A DNA stretch of 64,000 nucleotides, taken from Promethearchaeota archaeon (GTDB taxonomy: Archaea > Asgardarchaeota > Lokiarchaeia > Sigyniarchaeales > SOKP01). Positions 39,811 to 49,489 of the stretch are shown here, piece by piece (the stretch's first letter is position 1; each line of letters starts with the position of its first letter). Location: assembly GCA_019058295.1 (NCBI GenBank), contig JAHPZI010000030.1, positions 96,001-160,000 on the forward strand, written 5' to 3'. The position numbers and the translations under genes were made by a program. The notes under the pieces were generated by a model. It saw nothing but the letters and a program-made list of their open reading frames with translations, made no database searches and was not told where the DNA came from.

Positions 39811-40506
39811 CTATGGAATCTTCGCTAATATACAAATAGAATTTATTTGTTTTCTATAAGTAGAATCTAATAACCAAGCTAAAATCTGTAGATAATTAAT
39901 AGCATCATTTAAATCGATTTTGGTTATTTGAGATGCCATAGATACTTTATGAGCAACATTATTCCTTTTATCAATTATCCCAGATAATAATTCTTTTATA
40001 ATATTTGTAGAGACTATTTTTTTCCATCTTCTTTGAAATCTTTTTGTTATATGTTTAAAAATATCCTTAAACCCAATTTCTTTGAAAAGATTTATTATAT
40101 GAATTGGATTAGGATTAGAACTTTGTAATTTAAAAATAGCTGGATTTATCTCATCATTAATAATAGATCTGCATGAATTTTTTATATTGGTTAAATTATT
40201 AATATTCTTTTTCATTTTAAATTGTTTTAAGGTTTTATTAACATTTGTTATTATTAAATCAGGAGGCAATTTTGAGAAATCTATAATACTCTTGTATTTT
40301 TTTATGACACTTAAATAGACATTTGATAGATTATTTAAAAATTCATTAAAAGACGCAACAATTAAAACTATTGAACCCCCTCGTAAACCATAAACATAGT
40401 TCCTATCTTTCTTCGGGGGTGGTTCTTTATAAGTATCTAATTTAATTAATGCTTTGACAATTTCTAAGGATTCAAGAAACTCATTATAGGCAATTGAATT
40501 ATTCAT
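39811..40506 (-). CDS. HEPN-domain protein (RiboL-PSP-HEPN/MAE_28990-like)
   Basis: IVL.VA.F.EF, SNPN, RNNVAH (Rx4H). Confidence 0.85.
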   Translation of the reverse strand: MNNSIAYNEFLESLEIVKALIKLDTYKEPPPKKDRNYVYGLRGGSIVLIVASFNEFLNNLSNVYLSVIKKYKSIIDFSKLPPDLIITNVNKTLKQFKMKKNINNLTNIKNSCRSIINDEINPAIFKLQSSNPNPIHIINLFKEIGFKDIFKHITKRFQRRWKKIVSTNIIKELLSGIIDKRNNVAHKVSMASQITKIDLNDAINYLQILAWLLDSTYRKQINSICILAKIP

Positions 40507-40513
40507 TGAATAA

Positions 40514-41821
40514 TTACCTTTCTAAGGCATTCATTATTAAATTATATACTTTTTCCTTCCGTTTGAAAAAGGCAGTGGAAGAAGATATATGAAAAGAAAT
40601 AGAATCATTAAAGTCTTTATCTGAAAAAAGTTTTTTATATTCTGAAATAAAATCTTCTTTATTAAAATCATTTGGTATACTGACATTAACATCACGGTCG
40701 ACACATGCAAATATTACAGCATCAAATAATGAAGTTATCATTTTTTTCTTCCAATAACCCTTATCTTCCAACCATCTTTTAAAAGCAATTTCACCAAATA
40801 GTCTATTAATAAAATTAATAGTATTAAGAAATTTCTGTTCATATTCTTTAATTTTAGCCTCCTCCATCCTTTGATTTTTTCTAACAAAATCAGTCATTTT
40901 CCATGTAATATCTCCTGAAAAATATTTTGGATTCTCAAAGAAAGTAAAGAATCTAAGTACATACTCTACATCCTTCATCTCTTGATAAATTTTGGATTCA
41001 TTCTTATCATCTACTCCTAATAATTTGTGAAACGTTGGATTCACAGACAATCTTAGCGTCAAATCATTTAAATCTCCCGGAAAAGCACTATTCCGTATCT
41101 CTTGATCATTTAATTGTACACCTCCAGTATTTAAACGTTGAAAAACTGTATATTTAATATCTTCATCAGATTCATTGAGTATTATTATTGCCCTTAAAAC
41201 AGCTCGAGTTTTTAGATAATTTTGATATGGTAGTGGTAGATTAGAAAATGTTTTTCCATTTAATCCTTGAAATACTTTTAGACCAACCAGTTCTAATTCA
41301 TCTCTAAAAAATCTTTTAATAGAATTTAGCCTCTGTTTGCCATCTATAACAGAATATGTTCCAAAATCATCTTCATTTAAAAATATTGAAGGAACTGGAA
41401 CATTCATTATAAAGGATTCTATTAATTTCGATTGCCTTTCATCATTCCAACGAAATCTTCGTTGATATTCGGGGTGAAGATTAATTGTGTTTTTTTCTAG
41501 CAATTCTGATAATGTATTCAAGTTATAATCAACAAATTGAGTTATAAGATTACGTTGTTGATCTTTCAATGATTTCTTAATATCGATTTCAGTATTCTCT
41601 TCTGTTTCCTCATAATCAAGATCACTTTTTTGTATGTTTTCAATATAATAATCTTCTTTTGAATCTGCATTCTTGAAATTATCAAATATATCCTTTGGAA
41701 CATTTTCATAGATATGAACATCTCCACCTACAAATACAATTTTTATGATTTTACCATATGGTTCAAATCCGATTTTATCAATATTTTCAGAGATATCCTT
41801 AATATATTCCATAATCATCAC
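40514..41821 (-). CDS. KTSC-like domain fused to DUF262 (ParB/GmrS-like) protein
   Basis: N-terminal IG......L.I.F..G..Y.NVP..IF..F..A.S pattern; PEYQR.FRW, S.LIES....P.P, IDGKQRL, F.RLNTGG..L..QEIRN. Confidence 0.85.
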   Translation of the reverse strand: MMIMEYIKDISENIDKIGFEPYGKIIKIVFVGGDVHIYENVPKDIFDNFKNADSKEDYYIENIQKSDLDYEETEENTEIDIKKSLKDQQRNLITQFVDYNLNTLSELLEKNTINLHPEYQRRFRWNDERQSKLIESFIMNVPVPSIFLNEDDFGTYSVIDGKQRLNSIKRFFRDELELVGLKVFQGLNGKTFSNLPLPYQNYLKTRAVLRAIIILNESDEDIKYTVFQRLNTGGVQLNDQEIRNSAFPGDLNDLTLRLSVNPTFHKLLGVDDKNESKIYQEMKDVEYVLRFFTFFENPKYFSGDITWKMTDFVRKNQRMEEAKIKEYEQKFLNTINFINRLFGEIAFKRWLEDKGYWKKKMITSLFDAVIFACVDRDVNVSIPNDFNKEDFISEYKKLFSDKDFNDSISFHISSSTAFFKRKEKVYNLIMNALER

Positions 41822-42084
41822 ATTATTAGGTATTTTATTAATACTGAATATTTATTACTTTTTATGCATTTTGGTTAAGCTCATTTTTTCTCAAATTGTC
41901 TCAAGCTGAGCTACAGAACATGAGCAAATTTGATCATTTTTTATTTTTATCACTTAGTTTTGTATTCTAGTTGTTATTAGCTTTATGTTTTTTACTTGTT
42001 TTTGATTTCCCCGCCTCTTTTAATTGGGCTTTAAAATAATTATATTTGAAGAACAACCTTATTTTTTATATTTTATATTTCTCT

Positions 42085-42408
42085 TTAATTAAAGAATAGT
42101 AGATTGAACAAGGTCGTAATTATAGTAATTGATAAGAATAATATAATAAAGATTAAGGCACTTTTAGCTTCCTTAAGATAATCATCATTTTTTAATAAAT
42201 AGTTAGGGGCTGTTTTAAATGATATTAACAACAGATATGCAATTAAAATCATAATAATAGCTGGAAATAATGTTAAAAGAACCAACGATTCTAAAAGAAA
42301 AGCTAAATAAAATATGATTGGAAAACCAATAATTAAGCAGACTATTGAAGTAAAGAATAAAGTTATTGTTATTTTACCTGAAATCGTTAAATCTTTAAAT
42401 TTTCCCAT
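42085..42408 (-). CDS. Small three-TM membrane protein
   Basis: 107 aa, three hydrophobic segments. Confidence 0.6.
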   Translation of the reverse strand: MGKFKDLTISGKITITLFFTSIVCLIIGFPIIFYLAFLLESLVLLTLFPAIIMILIAYLLLISFKTAPNYLLKNDDYLKEAKSALIFIILFLSITIITTLFNLLFFN

Positions 42409-42502
42409 TTTTATGAATCACTGGTGTTTTAATAGATTTCTATAGAGAAGTTAAGTCTCTTGTTTTATATTTTTTATTCTATAAGAGAATATTGTTATTA
42501 AT

Positions 42503-42556
42503 TAAATATAATATTTATATAGCGTATAAGCGCAATATATATTAAGATAAAATTCA
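42503..42556 (+). repeat. 54-bp intergenic element, copy 1 (copy 2 at 47163-47216)
   Basis: taaatataatatttatatagcg-N6-cgcaatatatattaagataaaattca; 51/54 identical. Confidence 0.85.
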
Positions 42557-42596
42557 GATCGGATTGGCTTAAGTTCTAAGGAGAGTTTTATAATAT

Positions 42597-43484
42597 TTAG
42601 TTTTCATCAACTATTTTCTTGAGCGCACTCTTTTTAATCCGATTGACGCTACAGTTTTTTAGAGTAATTATTCCTTCCACTTTCTCTCTCGCTATGATTT
42701 TATCTATTGAGGAATTCTCGATAATTATATCATGGCACGCACCAAACTCGAGCTTCTTAATTTTTACATCTCTTAACATAATGTTGGAGCAATTGTCAAG
42801 AGAAAATGAGTTTGTAAAGCTACAGTTTTCGAAAATCATGTTTTGAGTGTCAAATAACTTGACCTTCTTGGGGTGATAATTTTTCATAATTACATTAAAC
42901 CTATTCTTATATACTAAAATATCATTGAAATGATGTTTATAACCATATTTCGACTTAACTTTAGATTTTGCGTTGACGTTCTCGATAATTATAGGGTCGG
43001 TTTTCGTACCAGCACCCCTACATTCAAAAAAATCATTATATATAGTAAACTCATCGTCTTTCAAAACTGGTAGTTTATCGATGTCCTTTAGTTTTGAGTC
43101 CAACTCAACATCCCTGAAACTAAATTTGTTGTTTTCGAGAACATTACCCCTACTTTTATTTCCAAAGTTAGTGAATCTCCATAAAATCTCAGAGTTTTTT
43201 ATCGTACTTTCATCAAGCTTCGCAAGATAAAGCCACTCGATTTCAATATTATCTAAAGAACACTTTTCACATTCTACAAAATCTAAATTGTTGCCAAAAA
43301 AATTTCTAATATCTATATGAGAACAGTAATAGAAGCCCGTTGTATCGATTTCACAATTTTCAATAGTTATGTTTTTGCAATAATGACATGATAATTGATT
43401 AATCGGTCCTGATTTCCACTTAATGTCCCTGAACACTATGTGTGAATTCGACTCAAAAATCTCTATTCCTGAAGGGAGATTCAC
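42597..43484 (-). CDS. Beta-helix/solenoid-like protein with two internal repeats (frame stays open to about 43600)
   Basis: C.G.G....P.II motif twice, repeated C.NI.I.N units. Confidence 0.65.
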   Translation of the reverse strand: MNLPSGIEIFESNSHIVFRDIKWKSGPINQLSCHYCKNITIENCEIDTTGFYYCSHIDIRNFFGNNLDFVECEKCSLDNIEIEWLYLAKLDESTIKNSEILWRFTNFGNKSRGNVLENNKFSFRDVELDSKLKDIDKLPVLKDDEFTIYNDFFECRGAGTKTDPIIIENVNAKSKVKSKYGYKHHFNDILVYKNRFNVIMKNYHPKKVKLFDTQNMIFENCSFTNSFSLDNCSNIMLRDVKIKKLEFGACHDIIIENSSIDKIIAREKVEGIITLKNCSVNRIKKSALKKIVDEN

Positions 43485-43693
43485 ATCAGGGTCGATAATG
43501 TAAGGATTTTCTTTTATCCCCTCCCCTTCACAGTCGACTTCAATTATCTTTATTTTTTCCCAATCCGCATTGCGCTTAAATTCTTGAATTCTTAATGGGA
43601 TACTTTCTCACTTTTTTTTAATAATTTCTCTATATTAATTATATTATCTTGAACTAAATATAATATTAAATATTCTATAGTTAATTGTTAATA

Positions 43694-43741
43694 TTAGGAA
43701 TGAAATAATAGACAAAAAATCATTGAGAATATGGAAAAAAT
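43694..43741 (+). repeat. Upstream-plus-start repeat shared by paralogs (copy 2 from 46452)
   Basis: ttaggaatgaaataatagacaaaaa[a/c]tcattgagaatATGgaaaaaat precedes both 43731 and 46489. Confidence 0.85.
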
Positions 43742-44465
43742 AGACTCTTATTTAAAGCCAAATGAAAAAATCTTATGGAAAAAGTGTAAAATTTTCAATT
43801 ATTATTTAGATTCAATTAAAGAGGTAATGTTTTCCCTAGTTTTTATTCTTGTTCCAAGTGCCTTGGGCATTTATGCGTTAATAATGTTTATAATCACCTT
43901 TAATTTCATTCAATTAGGAGTCTTTATTTTTTTAGTCGTTATTTTGCTAGTCCCATTCGTAATTCTCTCTAAAAATCTAAAAGAAATGAAAAGACAGAGA
44001 ACAATATTACCTAAAAACGAGCTGAAGAATTATAAATATTGCTCAATAATAACTAACATGAGATATATTCACAAGCACCTTAAAAACTTAGAGAAAGCCT
44101 ACGTTGCACAAGTTGCTATTACAATTTCTGACCATAAGGATGATATTTTTTCAGTCAATCTTGATAATATCAAAATGGTTGGCGTTGAGTATATGAATGA
44201 TAAAGAATGTGAACTCTATCTATTCAGTAAAATTGATTTTAGCTTTCCTCTCACTCTGTATATCGAATTAACATTGCAAGAACTAATAAATGCAGTGAAA
44301 ATCTTAAATGATTTACTACATTTTGAACAAGAGGAGCATCACATTTATGGAGGGATAATATATCTTCGTTCAAAGCAAACAATCCCTAAAAATTTTGAAA
44401 ATTTTTTTAAAACTGAAAAAAACAATATAAAACCTGTTTCAGATGTTATAAAAACAAATAAATAG
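43731..44465 (+). CDS. Two-TM protein with possible PH-like C-terminal domain
   Basis: L..NEKILW, two TM helices, Y.IITN.R motif. Confidence 0.7.
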   Translation: MEKIDSYLKPNEKILWKKCKIFNYYLDSIKEVMFSLVFILVPSALGIYALIMFIITFNFIQLGVFIFLVVILLVPFVILSKNLKEMKRQRTILPKNELKNYKYCSIITNMRYIHKHLKNLEKAYVAQVAITISDHKDDIFSVNLDNIKMVGVEYMNDKECELYLFSKIDFSFPLTLYIELTLQELINAVKILNDLLHFEQEEHHIYGGIIYLRSKQTIPKNFENFFKTEKNNIKPVSDVIKTNK

Positions 44466-44485
44466 AAATTAACAAGAAATAAATT

Positions 44486-45565
44486 ATGACTGATTTAGTT
44501 TCTTTCAGAGGCGCTGAAATCCCGAAATCTGAAGCTGAAGTTCTAGAGGAGTTAGAAGCTTTAACAGAAAAACAATTTAAGTTAGTTGGTGAGATTATAA
44601 TTGATGTTGAAGTAGTGTTTTCAATCAAAAATAATCGAGTTATCGGGTTAGGACTACCTCTATGTAAACTAAAACAAGTTCCAGAGGTAATTGCTAAATT
44701 ACATTCACTTCAATCATTATCTTTACTAAATAATCGTATAGAGACTATTCCAGAATGGATTGGGGATTTGAAACACCTTAAAGTTTTACATTTAGGTCAG
44801 AATTATATTCGGACTCTTCCTAGTTCAATCGGAAATCTAAAGTCCTTAGAAGTATTAACTATATATGCCTCTGAGCTAGTTTCCTTACCAGAGTCAATCG
44901 GGAATCTTACATCATTAAAGGCTCTATGGTTACAGGATAATTATTTATTAAACACTCTTCCTGATTCAATAGGGAATTTAACATCTCTTGAAGAATTAGT
45001 ATTTCATGACCATGAAATTTTAAATCTCCCAGATTCGATGGGAAATCTAACGTCACTTAAGGAATTATATTTAATTGGAACAGGATTAAAAAGGATTCCA
45101 GAATGGATTGGGAATTTAACATCTTTAAAACTTCTCGATCTTAGCTTTAATGAGTTAAAAATCCTTCCAGAATCAATAGGAAAATTAAAATCACTTGAAA
45201 TTTTGAACTTAAAGCGTAATAAAATGGAACCACTTCCAAAATCAATATATAGTCTAACTGCTCTCAAAGAATTTCATGTGAATAGGAAAGTATATAAAAA
45301 GTCACCTGATTTAATAAAAATCTTAGAACAAAAAGGAGTTGATATTTCTAAATATGGAATAGATTTATTCAATGTGCTTGTTGCTATATCCTTAGGATTA
45401 CCTTTCTATATATTCATAACTTTTATTATAACTGTGGTTTTCATTAGTCAAGAAACAATTATAGTTATAATTATTCTTCTGACTTCAATATTTTTATATT
45501 ATCTTTTAGGAAGAGCTATAATTGATATTGGAACAAAAAGAAAAAATAAAAAAGATAAGGAATAA
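44486..45565 (+). CDS. Leucine-rich repeat protein with C-terminal TM helices
   Basis: Repeated LxxLPxSIGNLxxLxxLxL units. Confidence 0.93.
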   Translation: MTDLVSFRGAEIPKSEAEVLEELEALTEKQFKLVGEIIIDVEVVFSIKNNRVIGLGLPLCKLKQVPEVIAKLHSLQSLSLLNNRIETIPEWIGDLKHLKVLHLGQNYIRTLPSSIGNLKSLEVLTIYASELVSLPESIGNLTSLKALWLQDNYLLNTLPDSIGNLTSLEELVFHDHEILNLPDSMGNLTSLKELYLIGTGLKRIPEWIGNLTSLKLLDLSFNELKILPESIGKLKSLEILNLKRNKMEPLPKSIYSLTALKEFHVNRKVYKKSPDLIKILEQKGVDISKYGIDLFNVLVAISLGLPFYIFITFIITVVFISQETIIVIIILLTSIFLYYLLGRAIIDIGTKRKNKKDKE

Positions 45566-45613
45566 CTATTTGGATTTGAAATTTGAGATAAAATTCAATC
45601 GTGAACTTTAATT

Positions 45614-45728
45614 ATGAGTGAGTTAGATTCTTTCAGAGGCGCTGAAATTCCAAAAAAAGGAGCCGAAGTATTAGAAGAGTTAGAAATTTTAATAAAAAAA
45701 ACAATTCAAGTTAGTTGATGAGATTATG
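45614..45728 (+). pseudogene. Truncated, frameshifted copy of the LRR gene 5' end
   Basis: tctttcagaggcgctgaaat..gagttagaa..aagttagttg..gagattat shared with 44486-44598; early TGA. Confidence 0.8.
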
Positions 45729-45766
45729 TATTGCAAAATATGTTTTGTATAAAATAGTGAAGAATT

Positions 45767-46426
45767 ATGAAAGCCAATAGGGAAAGATGTATTTACTGCG
45801 ACTCCGTACTTAAAAGAAGCAAGTTAAGTTGTCCTCAATGTAATGAAAAAATTTTTACTAAAGAGAATTATATTAAAAATCTCCCGTGGCTTTTTATTTT
45901 ACGCACATTAATAATAGCTAGTATTATACTTGCTATTATAATGTTCTCAGGGTGGTTATTTGTATTTTTAATTTCAGGGAATGACGCTTTAAGGTTTGTT
46001 GTTATTTTTTATATAGGATTAATAGTTGCTATGATATCTGCTTTAATTATACATAAAATATTTGAAAGTGGACAATTTATAATCTCAAATAAAAGTATTC
46101 AATTTAAGATGAGGAATGAGAAAGCTATTGAATTTGTATGGAATGAAATAAATAAAATAGAAATAATAAAAGAAAGATATCGAACGAGGTCAGGTTCAGA
46201 AACAGGATCCTCAATTGTAACAGGATATAACCTAAAATTCTATCTTCCCGAAGGAGAAAGATCTTTGAGACTTTGGTGTTTATACTTTACAAGAGACAAA
46301 TCTGTTGAAAAAGTAATTGAACTAATAAAAGAATTCTCTAAATATTTTAAGAAAGAAATAAAGGAATCAGACGATTTAGAAGATATTAAATATCGTAGAT
46401 TCGATTGTCCCAAAAAAATAAAATAG
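45767..46426 (+). CDS. Zinc-ribbon, two-TM, PH-like membrane protein
   Basis: CIYC..CPQC, two TM helices, W.EI.KIE. Confidence 0.7.
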   Translation: MKANRERCIYCDSVLKRSKLSCPQCNEKIFTKENYIKNLPWLFILRTLIIASIILAIIMFSGWLFVFLISGNDALRFVVIFYIGLIVAMISALIIHKIFESGQFIISNKSIQFKMRNEKAIEFVWNEINKIEIIKERYRTRSGSETGSSIVTGYNLKFYLPEGERSLRLWCLYFTRDKSVEKVIELIKEFSKYFKKEIKESDDLEDIKYRRFDCPKKIK

Positions 46427-46488
46427 ATTTTTTAGATTGAATATTAAATGTTTAGGAATGAAATAATAGACAAAAACTCATTGAGAAT

Positions 46489-47130
46489 ATGGAAAAAATT
46501 GAAGCTTTATTAGAAGAGGATGAGAGAATCTTATGGAAACATGTTAAGATTGAATATATCTTGAGATATATTTATAAGGCAATAATTGTTAGCTTGTTTA
46601 TTCCAAGCTTTATTCTCATATTTTTTCTTCTAATTTATTTATTTGGTGAGATAAAAAGTATTTTAATGTTGATACTCTTTTGTGTCATCCTCCTGTCTAT
46701 GGAGGTTGCTGTTATTTTTATTTTTTATGAAGATTTTGAGACTAAAAAGAAATCTTTTGAAAATATCCATTTAAACCTTAAAGATTATAAAAAATACAAT
46801 GAAATGTACATCATAACGAATAAGAGATGGTTTCATAAACATTATGGCTATACGGAAGAATTTATCTGCGATGCTTATTCATTTCATCAACAAAAAGATG
46901 AGATTCTGTTTTTTCCTTTTAATTCTATTAAAATAATTAGATTTGAATTGAAAAAACGCAAAATTACATTTTTTAATAATTATGATCTTTATATTATGAA
47001 GAGCGGATTAGAATATGAAATATCTTCAAAATCGGATTTTCAGGAATTAGTGAGGATTATTAAAGATACTTTTCCAATTGAAAAAGAAGAACTTCATAAG
47101 AAAGGAGAGATATTATTTTTACAGAATTAA
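46489..47130 (+). CDS. Two-TM protein, paralog of 43731-44465
   Basis: MEKI..LL..DERILW, YIITNKR. Confidence 0.7.
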   Translation: MEKIEALLEEDERILWKHVKIEYILRYIYKAIIVSLFIPSFILIFFLLIYLFGEIKSILMLILFCVILLSMEVAVIFIFYEDFETKKKSFENIHLNLKDYKKYNEMYIITNKRWFHKHYGYTEEFICDAYSFHQQKDEILFFPFNSIKIIRFELKKRKITFFNNYDLYIMKSGLEYEISSKSDFQELVRIIKDTFPIEKEELHKKGEILFLQN

Positions 47131-47229
47131 TTTTAACATTCAGAGAATCTTATATCTTGGACTAAATATAATATTTATATAGCGAAGAATCGCAATATAT
47201 ATTAAGATAAAATTCAAGTTGTATAAATT

Positions 47230-47664
47230 GTGGTAAAGAAGTTTCGAAGAGATAGAATAGATGAAGTTTCAATAGTTTATATGCGGTTGGTTTTTTTAGG
47301 TTTTGTTTTAAGCCTTAGTACTGCTGGAATATGTTTACTATTATACGATTTTCTTCCTAAAATTTTAGCATCATTTATTATATCAATAAGCATTAGTCTC
47401 ACATTAATATTTTTTTACTTATTTGACCGAATTTTCCTTTTTCTTCCGAGTTATACTGGGGGGATAATGTTTTTTTTGCTCGGAATAACTCTTTTTTTGA
47501 TATTTCTTATATATGATCCATTTGGAGATATTACCCTGATCGCATTTCTAATTCTCACATTTGTTATGACAGTCTTCGGAATTATCTATATTTATGAAGG
47601 AATAAGATTTAGTCTCGAACAAAGAAAGAAGAAAAAATCCAAGAAACATGGAAAAAAAAGCTAA
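47230..47664 (+). CDS. Four-TM membrane protein
   Basis: Four hydrophobic segments, basic tail. Confidence 0.6.
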   Translation: MVKKFRRDRIDEVSIVYMRLVFLGFVLSLSTAGICLLLYDFLPKILASFIISISISLTLIFFYLFDRIFLFLPSYTGGIMFFLLGITLFLIFLIYDPFGDITLIAFLILTFVMTVFGIIYIYEGIRFSLEQRKKKKSKKHGKKS

Positions 47665-47823
47665 ATACGATATTTAGGAAGAAAAAGCAGAAATTATTAA
47701 TTAGATTTAGAGAATCTTATATCTTAGAATAGATATATGACTTCTCAATGTGATTTAAATAGAGTAGTTTAAAACCTTTTTTTTAAAAAATTGAATTGAT
47801 GTTAATATTCATTTTTTTTACTT

Positions 47824-49335
47824 TTGATAAATATTTATAAATACCGGGGTATAATTAGTTCTGTATTTATTATGATTGAAAAAAAAGAGAATAATGATAT
47901 TTATTTAGATTATGAAAACCATCGTTGTATTAGCGGACATTGTAAACCAAATCAACGAGCCATTTTTGGAAAAGCTTTAAAAAATTCTCAGGGAAAAATA
48001 ACTTTCAAAAAATTTGATGTTTTTACAAGTTCTGAGTGGGGTAATTATTATGGAATTATTTATAGAATCATTGATACTAATAAGGATAATTCATTACAAA
48101 GAAGAAAATTTTACATCGGGAGAACAATCCAAAAGCTAAAAGAGAGGTTTAGACAACATTTCAAAAGTCCTCCAAATTCTTTTCTTGCCAAAGCTTTTGC
48201 TCGTTATAATAAAAGATTTACAATTGTTGAAAATGGGATAATAAATGACTCAATGTCATACAGAACTAAAGGTGGTGAATTTATTATTGAAGTACTTAAA
48301 TATTGTATCGATGTCGATTCAATTAATAAAAATGAAATCGACGAAATTGAACGCCATCAATCATGGATTACTAAATATGGTACTCATTATGGTTATAATA
48401 TAAATAGAGGTGGAGGAGATCGTGGGGTTCCTAAGGAAGGGCAAAAGGGCGAAGATCACTATAGATGGATAAATATAGATGAAGGTTTATTAATTCAATT
48501 AATTCAAAAAGGATTATTATTGGATGAAATCGCAGGTGAATTTGGTACATCAACTCCTACGATTGAAAGAAGAATTAGGGATTTTAAAATTAAATATAGT
48601 GTAAAAAATATAACTGAAGCCAGAAAATTATTTGGCGGGGAACAAAAAGCCAATAAAAGGAGAAGTTATATTAATTCAATGGCTCATCCAAATAAAAAAA
48701 TAATCTTAGATGAAGATATGATTGAACAAATTGAACTATTAAAAACCAGATTAGAAATTCAAAAAATTCTAAAAATAGGGCATGTCCAATTTTATGATAA
48801 GTTGAATGAAATGGGATATGAAGGGTTAGATGATATTCGAGATGATCTGGGTGTATTAGAAGATTATAAAAAACAGTATGCAGAGAGATTGAGCAGATCA
48901 TTGTCAAAAGATGTTGATATAGATAAATTTATCGAAGCGATTATATCTGGTTTAAATAAAGAGGAGCTAGAAGAAAAATTTGGAATTGGTGATATATTGT
49001 TTTATAAGACATTAAAAAAGATTGGATACGATAGTCTTCCTATTGCTAGAAAGGATTTAGGTGGGCAATTAAATTTTGAATTTCGAAGATATATAAAATA
49101 TTCTAAACATGTTTTAGAAGCTTTGAATGTTCTTTTGAAAAATAATAAAGATTTTACAGCACAAATGCTTGGTGAAAGTTTAAATATATCAGAAAACGGT
49201 GCTTACCATCATATATCAAAACATTTAATACGTTATGGATTAGTTGAAGAACTCCCAAATCAAGAATATAGAAAAAAAAGACGATATAGATTAACTAATT
49301 TTGGGAATGAATTATTGTATAAGCTATTTTCTTAG
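47824..49335 (+). CDS. GIY-YIG endonuclease with repeated HTH modules (homing-endonuclease-like)
   Basis: GIIYRI..FYIGRT..L.ERF.QH, E...I, GYN...GG; several HTH-like repeats and a C-terminal wHTH. Confidence 0.8.
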   Translation: MINIYKYRGIISSVFIMIEKKENNDIYLDYENHRCISGHCKPNQRAIFGKALKNSQGKITFKKFDVFTSSEWGNYYGIIYRIIDTNKDNSLQRRKFYIGRTIQKLKERFRQHFKSPPNSFLAKAFARYNKRFTIVENGIINDSMSYRTKGGEFIIEVLKYCIDVDSINKNEIDEIERHQSWITKYGTHYGYNINRGGGDRGVPKEGQKGEDHYRWINIDEGLLIQLIQKGLLLDEIAGEFGTSTPTIERRIRDFKIKYSVKNITEARKLFGGEQKANKRRSYINSMAHPNKKIILDEDMIEQIELLKTRLEIQKILKIGHVQFYDKLNEMGYEGLDDIRDDLGVLEDYKKQYAERLSRSLSKDVDIDKFIEAIISGLNKEELEEKFGIGDILFYKTLKKIGYDSLPIARKDLGGQLNFEFRRYIKYSKHVLEALNVLLKNNKDFTAQMLGESLNISENGAYHHISKHLIRYGLVEELPNQEYRKKRRYRLTNFGNELLYKLFS

Positions 49336-49489
49336 TATTTTTATAGATAAAGTCATTTTAACTTCTGTATTAGTTAATTTGTAATTAGCAAGTAAAAAAT
49401 ATCTATAGAATTACAAAAAATTATTATTATTTTTTTAACTTTTTATACTACTGTAAAAAGTATTTAAGAATCTTCGATGTGATGATAAA

